This document shows positions 18,680 through 27,926 of a stretch of DNA of 37,426 nt, one piece after another. Below the pieces are notes generated by a model. The model saw nothing but the letters and a program-made list of their open reading frames with translations, ran no database searches and was not told the DNA's origin. The DNA lies in the NCBI GenBank assembly GCA_964543655.1, contig CAZIZE010000033.1, positions 1 through 37,426 on the forward strand, read 5' to 3'. The position numbers were made by a program, and so were the translations under genes. Origin of the DNA: an uncultured bacterium. Lineage in GTDB: Bacteria > DYJV01. The number at the start of each line of letters is the position of its first letter. The first letter of the stretch is position 1.

Positions 18680-20317
18680 CTAAATTGATTTTAAAATAAT
18701 TTCAGCACCAGGCTTTGTCTGAGCCTTTATTCTAAATGTTTTACCAATTTTATAAAATCCAGAAATTATATTAAAAATCATCTCTTCAACTATTTCATAC
18801 TCCTCTTTACCAAATTTATCCGCTAAAACAGAATGACAATTATCAATTGAAAAATTAGAATCAATATTTGTAAAAAAATCAATTTCAGGAATTGTAAGCT
18901 TATTTACAGCAGTGTCAGCAAAAAGAGTTATCTCTTTTGTCTGCTTACTTACAGCAGTACCTACTGCATTAATCACATCGTAATAAGGAACAACTTCTAT
19001 TTCATAATCAAGGTAATCTGTTATAACATCTTTAAAGTTTTTAGCAGGAGCACCCATCAGGTAAATCTTCTTAACCTTAAACTCTTTGTAACCAAGAAAT
19101 TCTTTAATTGTATAGATTGGTCTGTTGTTAATTTCATCTATTAAATTCTTTAAAAAATTATCTAATCTATTAGAGAAGTTTATTAAAACTTTTTCTGTAA
19201 GCTCCATAGGTGAAATTTTAAGTTTATCTGCCATTTGAACAATTTGCTTTTCTAATTTTTCAAAATATGGAGAATCAATATTATTTTTATAAAAAATAAA
19301 ATCTGTGGGAGTTAAAAATTCTCCACCAAATGCTATTGCCACACCTTTTCTCTCTGGGCCTATTTTAATATTGCCACTATCTTCTCTTACAAAACTGTCA
19401 CCACCAATGCCAAGAGAGTGTGAATACATAGCTCTAACTAAAGTCAACTCTTCACCTATTTTAATTCCATCTGGTTCAAATAGAGGCAATCCATTATAGA
19501 AGAATGAAAAATCAGAGGAAGTTCCACCTATATCTATAACAGCTGCAAACTCTTCGGTAATATCCAGTACACTCATTACACCTATTATTCCAGCAGCAGA
19601 ACCTGAAAGAATAGTGTATATTGGCTTTTCTAATGCTTCTTCTATTTTTATTGTGCCACCATCAGCCTTTAAAATGAAAATATCTGCATTAATATTACTA
19701 TTTTTTAAAAAGTTTTTTAAATGATCAAGAAATTCTTTATTTTTCTTATAAGTAGCTGCATTTAAATATGCTGTGTTTATTCTCCTTGGAAAACTTAAAT
19801 TACCGGAGAGAGAATGGCCTGTTGTAACATTATCAAACTTTGTATCCATACGCTCTTTAATAACCTTTTCATGCACTGGATTTCTAATAGAAAACTTTGT
19901 ACATATAGCAACAGTTTCTATATCATTTATTAGCAATGAATCTATAATTGTCTCAATATCTTTTAAGTTAATATCTTTTAAAATTCTCCCCCTGTGATCT
20001 ATGGCACCATCAATAATAAAAGTAAATTCATCTTTTTTAAAATTTTCAAGAGCTATACCGGGCCCCCCAGAAATAATCAATCCAGTAGCAGGTAATTTCT
20101 TTTCAAGAATAAGATTAGTTGTTAAAGTAGTGCTTAAAGTTATTTTTTTTATTTTTTCTGTAGAATAGTTTTTTAACAGATCATCAATAACTTCTTCAAT
20201 TGATTTTTGAAGGTTATTATGAGTGGTTAAAACTTTAGTTTTTTTCACAATGGTGTTATTATCAATTAACACACCATCTGTGTGAGTACCTCCTACATCA
20301 ATACCTATTCGTGCCAT
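18680..20317 (-). CDS. Hydantoinase A/oxoprolinase-family ATP-binding protein
   Basis: IGIDVGGTHTDGV, STTLTTN, KFSIRNP.HE, ILSGSAAG, DIGGTSSD, GIGGDS, IGPER. Confidence 0.85.
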   Translation of the reverse strand: MARIGIDVGGTHTDGVLIDNNTIVKKTKVLTTHNNLQKSIEEVIDDLLKNYSTEKIKKITLSTTLTTNLILEKKLPATGLIISGGPGIALENFKKDEFTFIIDGAIDHRGRILKDINLKDIETIIDSLLINDIETVAICTKFSIRNPVHEKVIKERMDTKFDNVTTGHSLSGNLSFPRRINTAYLNAATYKKNKEFLDHLKNFLKNSNINADIFILKADGGTIKIEEALEKPIYTILSGSAAGIIGVMSVLDITEEFAAVIDIGGTSSDFSFFYNGLPLFEPDGIKIGEELTLVRAMYSHSLGIGGDSFVREDSGNIKIGPERKGVAIAFGGEFLTPTDFIFYKNNIDSPYFEKLEKQIVQMADKLKISPMELTEKVLINFSNRLDNFLKNLIDEINNRPIYTIKEFLGYKEFKVKKIYLMGAPAKNFKDVITDYLDYEIEVVPYYDVINAVGTAVSKQTKEITLFADTAVNKLTIPEIDFFTNIDSNFSIDNCHSVLADKFGKEEYEIVEEMIFNIISGFYKIGKTFRIKAQTKPGAEIILKSI

Positions 20318-20416
20318 TTAAAAACTCCCTCTTAAAAATTATAATAAAATTGAATCCTGAACTAATATTATACTCTATTTAAAAAAACATATCAATTTTA
20401 TTTTTAAATTTTTTTA

Positions 20417-20445
20417 TTGACAATCCAATAATAACATAATAACTT
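20417..20445 (+). promoter_or_regulatory. Putative sigma70 promoter (TTGACA-17-TAACTT)
   Basis: -35 at 20417-20422 and -10 at 20440-20445; ATG at 20452 without Shine-Dalgarno. Confidence 0.55.
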
Positions 20446-20451
20446 CACCTA

Positions 20452-23067
20452 ATGGAAATAATCACAACCCATTTCAATCCAGATTACGATGCTCTTGCCA
20501 GTGCAATTGCAGCTAAAAAACTTTTTCCCAATGCGTACATTGTTCTTCCTGGTAATAAAGAAAGGAGTATGAAAAACTTTTTCATTCAAACTATTATATA
20601 CTCCCTTGATATTGTTGATATTAATGAAGTGGATATTCAAAAAGTTAAAAAACTTATTATTGTGGACACATCAAGGAAAGATAGAATTGGAATTTTTTCT
20701 GAAATTATAAATAAAAAAGATGTTGAAATAATTGTATATGACCATCATCTTGAAGAAAATGAAATAGAAACAGAGCATAAATTTATAAAAAAAATAGGTG
20801 CCTGCACTTCTCTTTTAGTAAAGTTTTTGGAGCAAAAGCAAATTTCACTTACTCCTGAAGAAGCTACTACCTTAATGATGGGAATTTATGAAGATACGGG
20901 CAATCTTACATTTAACACAACAACAGAAGATGACTATTACTCTGCTGCATTTTTATTAAAACATGGAGCAAATCTCAATACTGTTAGAGATATTCTGTAC
21001 CATGATATTACAATTGAACAGGTTGAAATATTAAAACAGTTCATTGAAACAGAAGAAGTAATTAATATTAGAGGTGTCAGTATTTCTATTGTAACTGCTT
21101 CTCAAGATAATTATATCCCTGAAATTGCTGTTGCTGTTCATAAGTTTAAAGACATGAGAAATCTTCCTGTTGTTATTGCTATCCTTAGGCTTGGAAGTAA
21201 AATCTATCTTATATGCCGAAGCTCAGCTCATGAGATTAGTGTAAAATATATTGCAGAATATTTTGGTGGTGGTGGACACGATTCTGCTGCTTCTGCTGTA
21301 ATAAAAGAGAAAACAGTAGTTGAAGTTTATAATTCTATTAAAGCTCTACTTCTTACTCTTGACAAAATTTCTTTAACAGCCAAAGAGATAATGACATCAC
21401 CTGTTATAACCATTACAGAGAATGACAACATACTTTTTGCCAATGAAATTTTAAATAGATACAATATTAATGTATTACCTGTTATATGCGAAAAAGATGG
21501 TAAACTCAGAGGATTAATTACAAGGCAAATTGTTGGAAAAGCTATCTATCATAATCTTGAAGAACTTAAAGTAAAGGAATATATGCTTGAAGAGTTTAAT
21601 ACTGTTGCTCCAAACACTAACTTTGAAAAAATTAAGGATATTATTTTAAAAGAAAATCAGCGTCTTCTCCCAGTTGTAACCAATGGTAAAGTTGTTGGGG
21701 TTATTACACGGACAGATATTTTAAAAACAATTTACAACATTGAAAACAAAAATAATTATATTGAAAGTGGAACAATAGAAAAAGATGTAAAAAAATTATT
21801 AAAAGGTGAAGTAGACGAGTCTATTCTTTCTAAATTTCAAATACTTGGAGCAGTTGCTGATAGATTAGGATATGGTGTTTATGTTGTTGGTGGATTTGTT
21901 AGGGATCTGATGCTCAGAAGAGAAAATTTTGATGTTGATCTTGTTATTGAGGGTAATGGGATAACTTTTGCTAAATATCTGCTGCACCACCTTGATATTA
22001 TTGAGAAAATTAGAACCTATGAAAAGTTTAAAACAGCAAAAATTTTTTTTAAAGATGGCCTTGTTTTTGACCTTGCAACAGCAAGATTGGAATATTATGA
22101 AAAACCCGGGAGTCTTCCAATAGTTGAAAAGAGCTCTTTAAAAATGGACCTTTACAGAAGAGATTTTACTATTAATACTCTTGCTATAGATATAACCAAA
22201 AAGAACTTTGGTGAATTAATAGATTTTTTTGGTGGCGTAAAAGATTTAAAAGATAAAAAAATAAGAATAATTCACAACTTAAGTTTTGTAGAGGATCCTA
22301 CGAGAATTTTCAGAGCTTTTAGGTTTGCATGTAGATTTGACTTTACCATTGGTAAACAAACAGAAACCCTTATTAAAAATGCACAAAGTCTCAAGTTACT
22401 CAATACTGTTCCAAAATCAAGAATTGCTCATGAATTAAAAGCTATTTTTGAAGAAGAAAAAGTAAGAGAAATTATTGAAATGTTAAACAGATATAAACTT
22501 CTCAAATTTGTTTTTCCAAAAACCAATGTGAATCATAAACTTTTTCAATTGCTTACTGAATTAGAAGAGATAGTCAATTGGCATAAATTAACTTTTCCTT
22601 CAGAATATTTAGAGCAGTGGATTCTATTTTTAATGGCTTTTGTTTACAAATTAAAAAGAGAGGATGTAATTGAAACATGCGATACCATTGGTTTAAATGA
22701 AAAACATTGTGCAAAAGTTGCAAATATATTAAATGAAATGGATATTATATTAAAAGAGCTTGTTATGGATAAAAACTCCACTCCTTACAAAAGGTATAAT
22801 CTTTTGAAAAATAAACATATTGAAAGCTTGCTTTTCTGCATAGCCAGATCAACAACAGAACGTGTAAAACAATATATTGTAGAATTTTTAATTAAAAACA
22901 GATTTGTAAAGCCAGATTTAACTGGTCATGATCTTATTGCCATTGGTTTAAAACCTTCACCACTGTTTAAAGAAATATTTGAAAAAATTATTGAGCTGAA
23001 ATTAAACGGAAAAATTAAAAATATTAATGATGAAAAAAATTTTGTGGAAAAAAATTATTTAAATTAA
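20452..23067 (+). CDS. DHH-DHHA1-CBS pair-class II tRNA nucleotidyltransferase (probably A-adding enzyme)
   Basis: THFNPDYDA, DHH, GIYEDTG, GGGGH; two CBS repeats; VGGFVRD..DVDLV, RRDFTIN, EDPTRIFRA.RF. Confidence 0.88.
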   Translation: MEIITTHFNPDYDALASAIAAKKLFPNAYIVLPGNKERSMKNFFIQTIIYSLDIVDINEVDIQKVKKLIIVDTSRKDRIGIFSEIINKKDVEIIVYDHHLEENEIETEHKFIKKIGACTSLLVKFLEQKQISLTPEEATTLMMGIYEDTGNLTFNTTTEDDYYSAAFLLKHGANLNTVRDILYHDITIEQVEILKQFIETEEVINIRGVSISIVTASQDNYIPEIAVAVHKFKDMRNLPVVIAILRLGSKIYLICRSSAHEISVKYIAEYFGGGGHDSAASAVIKEKTVVEVYNSIKALLLTLDKISLTAKEIMTSPVITITENDNILFANEILNRYNINVLPVICEKDGKLRGLITRQIVGKAIYHNLEELKVKEYMLEEFNTVAPNTNFEKIKDIILKENQRLLPVVTNGKVVGVITRTDILKTIYNIENKNNYIESGTIEKDVKKLLKGEVDESILSKFQILGAVADRLGYGVYVVGGFVRDLMLRRENFDVDLVIEGNGITFAKYLLHHLDIIEKIRTYEKFKTAKIFFKDGLVFDLATARLEYYEKPGSLPIVEKSSLKMDLYRRDFTINTLAIDITKKNFGELIDFFGGVKDLKDKKIRIIHNLSFVEDPTRIFRAFRFACRFDFTIGKQTETLIKNAQSLKLLNTVPKSRIAHELKAIFEEEKVREIIEMLNRYKLLKFVFPKTNVNHKLFQLLTELEEIVNWHKLTFPSEYLEQWILFLMAFVYKLKREDVIETCDTIGLNEKHCAKVANILNEMDIILKELVMDKNSTPYKRYNLLKNKHIESLLFCIARSTTERVKQYIVEFLIKNRFVKPDLTGHDLIAIGLKPSPLFKEIFEKIIELKLNGKIKNINDEKNFVEKNYLN

Positions 23068-23435
23068 TAATTGGAGGTAGTTTGAAGCCTGAAATTCGGA
23101 GTTAGAATTAAGATATTTTTTTAATATAAACAGGTTATAAATTTTTCTATTGTTTCATTTCGTTAGAATATTCCCAAAAAGTTATTCAGATTAAAATGAA
23201 CAATCCTTTATACAAGTTCACAGTTTAAGGTCCATACCTCAAAGTTGAAAGATAATTAATAACAATAACTTAAGAATATTGAGGATATAATTTAAAGTAG
23301 AAAGTTGTATTATAACCATATTTAGTTTTACTCACCTATCTATTGTATAATTTTTTACCATTTCGTAATATAACGTTTAAAATTTCATAAAAATTTTTCT
23401 TGCATTTTTTTTTATTTTTTATTATTTGCTCACTC

Positions 23436-23637
23436 GCAGGTTCAGGGAAGAGGGTGAGAATCCCACACTGTCCCCGCAGCCGTGAGTCAGTCCGGTAATT
23501 TGCCGGAAGATTCTGATTCTTTGTCACTGATATGTTTGGTGTATGCTGGCATATTGGGAAGGCAAAGATCTTAATCAGAATCTGGTAACCTGACAAGTCG
23601 GAAGACCTACCTGCATATTATCTCTCGGGGATTAGAG
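23436..23637 (+). ncRNA. Cobalamin riboswitch
   Basis: P1 GCAGGT(23436)/ACCTGC(23614); AGGGAA; GGGTGAGAATCCC T-loop; ACTGTCCCCGCAGCCGTGA; GTCACTG...GGGAAGGC; B12 box AAGTCGGAAGACCT; downstream CTCT-CGGGGA-TT-AGAG hairpin whose loop is complementary to TCCCCG. Confidence 0.93.
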
Positions 23638-23705
23638 GCTGAGTGGTATATATGATTCTTTTACCTTTTCAAACCATTCACCTCTTATCCCAAAAATTTT
23701 TTTTT
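23628..23705 (+). terminator. Riboswitch expression-platform hairpin, terminator-like
   Basis: GGGATTAGAGG-C-TGAGTGGT pairs with ACCATTCA-CCTCTTATCCC, followed by AAAAA and a 9-T run. Confidence 0.5.
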
Positions 23706-23789
23706 GAAAATTAATTTGGAAGGAGGTGGTAATCGTTAATATTTGAGAAATTACTATTTTTAAAAAGAAAAAATTGAGGAGGTAAAGAA

Positions 23790-26378
23790 GTGTATAAAAA
23801 ACTTCTAATATTTTTAACATTACTATTTTGCTCAAATTATTTATTAGCAGAAACCCCTAAAATTATTACTAATTTATCTGCTAATAATTCAAAAATAAGT
23901 GGGGTATTAAAAATTTCTGGTATTTCAGAATCAGATTTAACTACAAATTGTTATTTTCAAAATGGAGACTCTTTAGGATTATGGATTGCTGCTATAGGAG
24001 AAAATTATTCCCAAATTGGCTCTATTTCAAATTGTAACTATTCTAATAATGAGCTGAATTGTAATATTGAAATTGATAATTTACAAAATGATGAATATAA
24101 AATATGGATAGGCCCTGGAATATTTTCAAAAAATTGTCCATTACCAGATGGATATGTAAAGGATGGATATGTCGATAATCAATCAACTATAAATAGCGCC
24201 TCCATTTATGAAGTTGCAAGCTTAGAACCAGTTTTCTCAGATATAACTGTAAATAATAATATAATTGCAGGAAAAATTGCTATAAACAATATTTCTGAAC
24301 ACCAGCTTTCAACATGTTTTTATCAATCTGATGGTTCAATTGGTTTATGGGTTGCGGCCATAGGATTGCAGAATTCAAAAATTGGCAATATATCAAATTG
24401 TTCATACAATAATGGCAAACTAATATGTAGTTTTGAAATAGATAACCTTAATAATGATAGGTACAGAATTTGGATTGGCCCAGGAATCTATTCAGAAAAT
24501 AATTGTTTAATTCCAAATGGCTATATTAGCAAAGAACATGTTGATGTTTCAATTAATAATGCTGATGTTTATACTGTAAGCAATGTTGAATCAGAAAATA
24601 CTTTAAGTGAAATAAATGTTAATAATAATGAGATAACTGGTAAAATTAATTTTAAAAATATCTCAGAAACCCAGCTTGCAAACTGCTTTTATCAATCAGA
24701 TGGCACCATTGGATTATGGGTAGCAGCAATTGGCACTCAAAGTTCACAAATAGGTCATATTTCAAATTGCAGTTTTAGCAATGGAAATCTCTCTTGTGAT
24801 TTTGCTATTGAAAATCTTAACAATGATACATACAAAATATGGTTAGGCCCCGGAATTTTCTGTGAAAATAATTGCTTATTGCCAACTGGTTATCTAAAAG
24901 ATGGTAATTTTGATGCAAATTTTAATGAAGCATCTACTTATAAAGTTAGTAATACAGCATCTACTGGAGGTGGAGGAGCTATTATTACTTCCACACCAAT
25001 AGAAAATCCAGAAGAAAAAGAATACACAACACAAATTAATATAGATGAAGTTATTAGTGATGATAATATAGCTGCTAATACAGAGAATTATATTGAAATA
25101 AACAGTGAGAAATTGGGTAAAGGAGTTGAATTTAATCTTTCAACTTCTGAAAAGCCTGTTTTATTTAAAGATAATAAAATTCCTGAAAATTTTAAAATAG
25201 TAGGTGGAGAAATTTTAGGCGGTCTCAAAGGTGATGTGGATATTAATAATTTGGAGAAAAGCTCTGATGTAGAACAAAAACTTAAAGAAGTTCTACCTGA
25301 AGTAAAAGATGTTACTATAAAACCATTAAATGGGAAGATTGAAGTTGAAAATGTTATCCTTCAAAATGTAAAAATAGATTCAGATAATATAGAAAATATA
25401 GATTTTGGCAAAGGTGTAATCTTTGATGAGAATACAATTAAGAATATTACTAATAGTGTAAATAAAGATATTTCCATAAAGCAAGTTGTTCCTGATGTAA
25501 AAATCACTACTAACAATATTAATGTAAACATGAATGTACCTTCTCCATCTTTTCCTATTATGGTAGATAAAAGTGGCAATATGGTAACGCCAGCTGATAT
25601 TGTCACAGATACTTTGAAAAGTGCTGGAATTAAAGATATCAAATCAGATGTGACAAACACAGGAGCAATTCAATTTGATATTAAAGGTGTTAAATTTTAT
25701 ACAATTATTAAAGATATTCTGCTTGGTGATGCAAATAATTTTACAGCAGATAATAATGCTAAGTTGTTGAGAAATGGCGAATTTTTAATAAAACAAAATG
25801 GTATAAACATTATATTATCTCCAGCTCCATATAATATTAATGAAATTGACTCGTTATTTGCATCCATTAAAGATTCTCTACCTTCTTTTTCAGCCAACAT
25901 AGATGAAGATGGTATATTAACAGCTTCATGGAAAGATAATAGTGGAACAACTATTAAAATAGCCTCCTGTTTCAGTGGCATGATTTCACAATCTGAAAAT
26001 AAACCATCACAACTTACATTATCTGTTAGTTTAAAAAATAGAGTTGCTGGAATCACAGCTACTTATACAGATGGAAGTGCAGAATTTTGGGCACCATATT
26101 TTATAGGAATGAAATATATAGAGACCTGGCTGGATAAATATATTAATAATGGTTCTCTTCAAAATTGGCAGTTTGATAGATATACCGGCATTCTTACTTT
26201 AACAACAAATGATGGAAAAGAAATAAAGGTTTCTCCTGACTTAAAATTTAGAGCTTTAACCATAGAAGAGCAGGAAAAATTAAACAAATCTTCTGATAAT
26301 GTTACCATTGAAAATATTAATAATAACTGGTTTTTAATAACACCAGAAGGTACTCAACAATTTAAAATAATTGAATAA
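23790..26378 (+). CDS. Secreted hypothetical protein with three tandem ~122-aa Cys-containing repeats and an unrecognised C-terminal region
   Basis: GTG start with GGAGG; Sec signal peptide (MYKKLLIFLTLLFCSNYLLA); GLW(I/V)AAIG and IW(I/L)GPGI each occur three times. Confidence 0.85.
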   Translation: MYKKLLIFLTLLFCSNYLLAETPKIITNLSANNSKISGVLKISGISESDLTTNCYFQNGDSLGLWIAAIGENYSQIGSISNCNYSNNELNCNIEIDNLQNDEYKIWIGPGIFSKNCPLPDGYVKDGYVDNQSTINSASIYEVASLEPVFSDITVNNNIIAGKIAINNISEHQLSTCFYQSDGSIGLWVAAIGLQNSKIGNISNCSYNNGKLICSFEIDNLNNDRYRIWIGPGIYSENNCLIPNGYISKEHVDVSINNADVYTVSNVESENTLSEINVNNNEITGKINFKNISETQLANCFYQSDGTIGLWVAAIGTQSSQIGHISNCSFSNGNLSCDFAIENLNNDTYKIWLGPGIFCENNCLLPTGYLKDGNFDANFNEASTYKVSNTASTGGGGAIITSTPIENPEEKEYTTQINIDEVISDDNIAANTENYIEINSEKLGKGVEFNLSTSEKPVLFKDNKIPENFKIVGGEILGGLKGDVDINNLEKSSDVEQKLKEVLPEVKDVTIKPLNGKIEVENVILQNVKIDSDNIENIDFGKGVIFDENTIKNITNSVNKDISIKQVVPDVKITTNNINVNMNVPSPSFPIMVDKSGNMVTPADIVTDTLKSAGIKDIKSDVTNTGAIQFDIKGVKFYTIIKDILLGDANNFTADNNAKLLRNGEFLIKQNGINIILSPAPYNINEIDSLFASIKDSLPSFSANIDEDGILTASWKDNSGTTIKIASCFSGMISQSENKPSQLTLSVSLKNRVAGITATYTDGSAEFWAPYFIGMKYIETWLDKYINNGSLQNWQFDRYTGILTLTTNDGKEIKVSPDLKFRALTIEEQEKLNKSSDNVTIENINNNWFLITPEGTQQFKIIE
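23865..24953 (+). repeat. Intragenic triplication (~366-369 nt period)
   Basis: GLW at aa 63, 185 and 308; four Cys at equivalent positions in each unit. Confidence 0.9.
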
Positions 26379-26396
26379 AATAAAGGAGGTAATATC

Positions 26397-27878
26397 ATGG
26401 TAAAAAAATTCTATTTATTTATAATTGCTTGTTTATTGATTATAGGTAGTATTTCTTTAAAAGCTGAAACTTTGAATATTAAATCAGGATGGAATGTATT
26501 TCAATCAGACCTAAATATTGTTTCAGTTAATCAATTTGCAAAAGATGGCATTGTAGGTATTGTTAAATTAAAACCTGGTAAAAATTATGAGCTCACAAAA
26601 GATAATTGGTATGTATGGAGTGACAATAATACGTTGCTTAAAGCTTTAACTGATGCTGATTGGACAACTTTTGAAGGAATATATAAAAATAACCTTTATG
26701 CTGTATTTTCTACAAAATCCATAAACCTTGATATATCAAGCTCTTGTCAGATTCCTTACTTACCAATAGCTACAGAATCATATAATTATCAAACAGGAAT
26801 GTATTCAATAGTTGACCTAAACAATCTAACAGCGTATAAACAGTTAAATACATATTCTCTTGGTGGAGATATAAGAGCTTATGTTTATGGTGATTATATT
26901 TTTGTTGTTGATGCACCTAATAGTGGTAATACTTCCACATGGTATGTATATAAAATAGACCAAACATCAACAACACTTGACCAGACAAAAGCTAAAACAA
27001 CTATTGCCAATTATACTATTAATAGGCAGAATCCACACAGTATTGCATTTTCAAGCGATTCCAAAGCATACCTTACAACTTATTTTGATAATTCAATACT
27101 TATTTTTAATCCCCAAAATGGAAATGAGCTTGGCACAATTGATTTAACTCCATATTTATATACTGCTGACAATGGTACTCAAAATAAATATATTGGTGCA
27201 GAAGCAATGTTAATGACAGGTGACAAATTGTATGTATCACTTGATAGAGCGAGAACATATTATGGTGATGCCACTCCTGATAAAAGCATGATTCTTGTTA
27301 TAGATACAACAAATGATACTGTTACTAAATCTATTAAAGTTCCATATTCTCCAAGATCTCTACAAATTTTTGGAAATTATCTATACTTCTTATCTATGGG
27401 CGACTACTCCAACCCAATTGGCAAAATTTATAGAATAAATCTTTCAGATTATTCATTAGATAGCAATTTTGTAATCTCACCAATTGTTTCAGGTTCATCT
27501 ACTGAATACATAAAAAATTTTGTTATCACACCAGAAGGAGAATTGTTTTTGGTAACAAATGCTGGATGGGGACAGCCTTACAATGTATATATGATCGACA
27601 ATGTAGAAAAATATAATGATTCCACAAAAGCTGGATTAAATACCACAGCAATCTATTCTGCTTCTGGCTATGTACCTGATTTAGATTTTGTATGTGGTTA
27701 TCTTGTAATTGCTGACAGAGGAAAAGCAGATATAGACTATAAAACTAAAGAGGTAAAAGAAATTTTGCAGCAGGGAGCACTTGTTTTTATTGATACTAAT
27801 GGAAAAGTTGTTAAGAAAATTTTAGATACAGATCTTGGCTACCCTCCTTATAAAATAGGTTCTGATTACAATTATTAA
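26397..27878 (+). CDS. Secreted YncE/BtuG-like beta-propeller protein
   Basis: Signal peptide; blades such as NPHSIAFSSDSKAYLT, GTIDL, GDKLYVSL, ILVIDTTNDTVTKSIKV; lies directly before a TonB-dependent receptor in a B12-riboswitch operon. Confidence 0.65.
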   Translation: MVKKFYLFIIACLLIIGSISLKAETLNIKSGWNVFQSDLNIVSVNQFAKDGIVGIVKLKPGKNYELTKDNWYVWSDNNTLLKALTDADWTTFEGIYKNNLYAVFSTKSINLDISSSCQIPYLPIATESYNYQTGMYSIVDLNNLTAYKQLNTYSLGGDIRAYVYGDYIFVVDAPNSGNTSTWYVYKIDQTSTTLDQTKAKTTIANYTINRQNPHSIAFSSDSKAYLTTYFDNSILIFNPQNGNELGTIDLTPYLYTADNGTQNKYIGAEAMLMTGDKLYVSLDRARTYYGDATPDKSMILVIDTTNDTVTKSIKVPYSPRSLQIFGNYLYFLSMGDYSNPIGKIYRINLSDYSLDSNFVISPIVSGSSTEYIKNFVITPEGELFLVTNAGWGQPYNVYMIDNVEKYNDSTKAGLNTTAIYSASGYVPDLDFVCGYLVIADRGKADIDYKTKEVKEILQQGALVFIDTNGKVVKKILDTDLGYPPYKIGSDYNY

Positions 27879-27884
27879 AAATTT

Positions 27885-27905
27885 TCTCCGGGTTTATCCC
27901 GGAGA
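27885..27905 (+). terminator. Intra-operon stem-loop (partial terminator or mRNA stabiliser)
   Basis: TCTCCGGG-tttat-CCCGGAGA followed by GAACTTTT. Confidence 0.55.
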
Positions 27906-27926
27906 GAACTTTTAAAAAGGAAGAAA

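Noticed and set aside
23719-23763. Leader peptide after a second GGAGGT in the riboswitch leader
   Set aside because: No properly spaced start codon gives more than a few codons; insufficient support.
23336-23835. Minus-strand ORFs of 86 and 67 aa
   Set aside because: They are antisense to the riboswitch and its leader and have no protein-like motifs.
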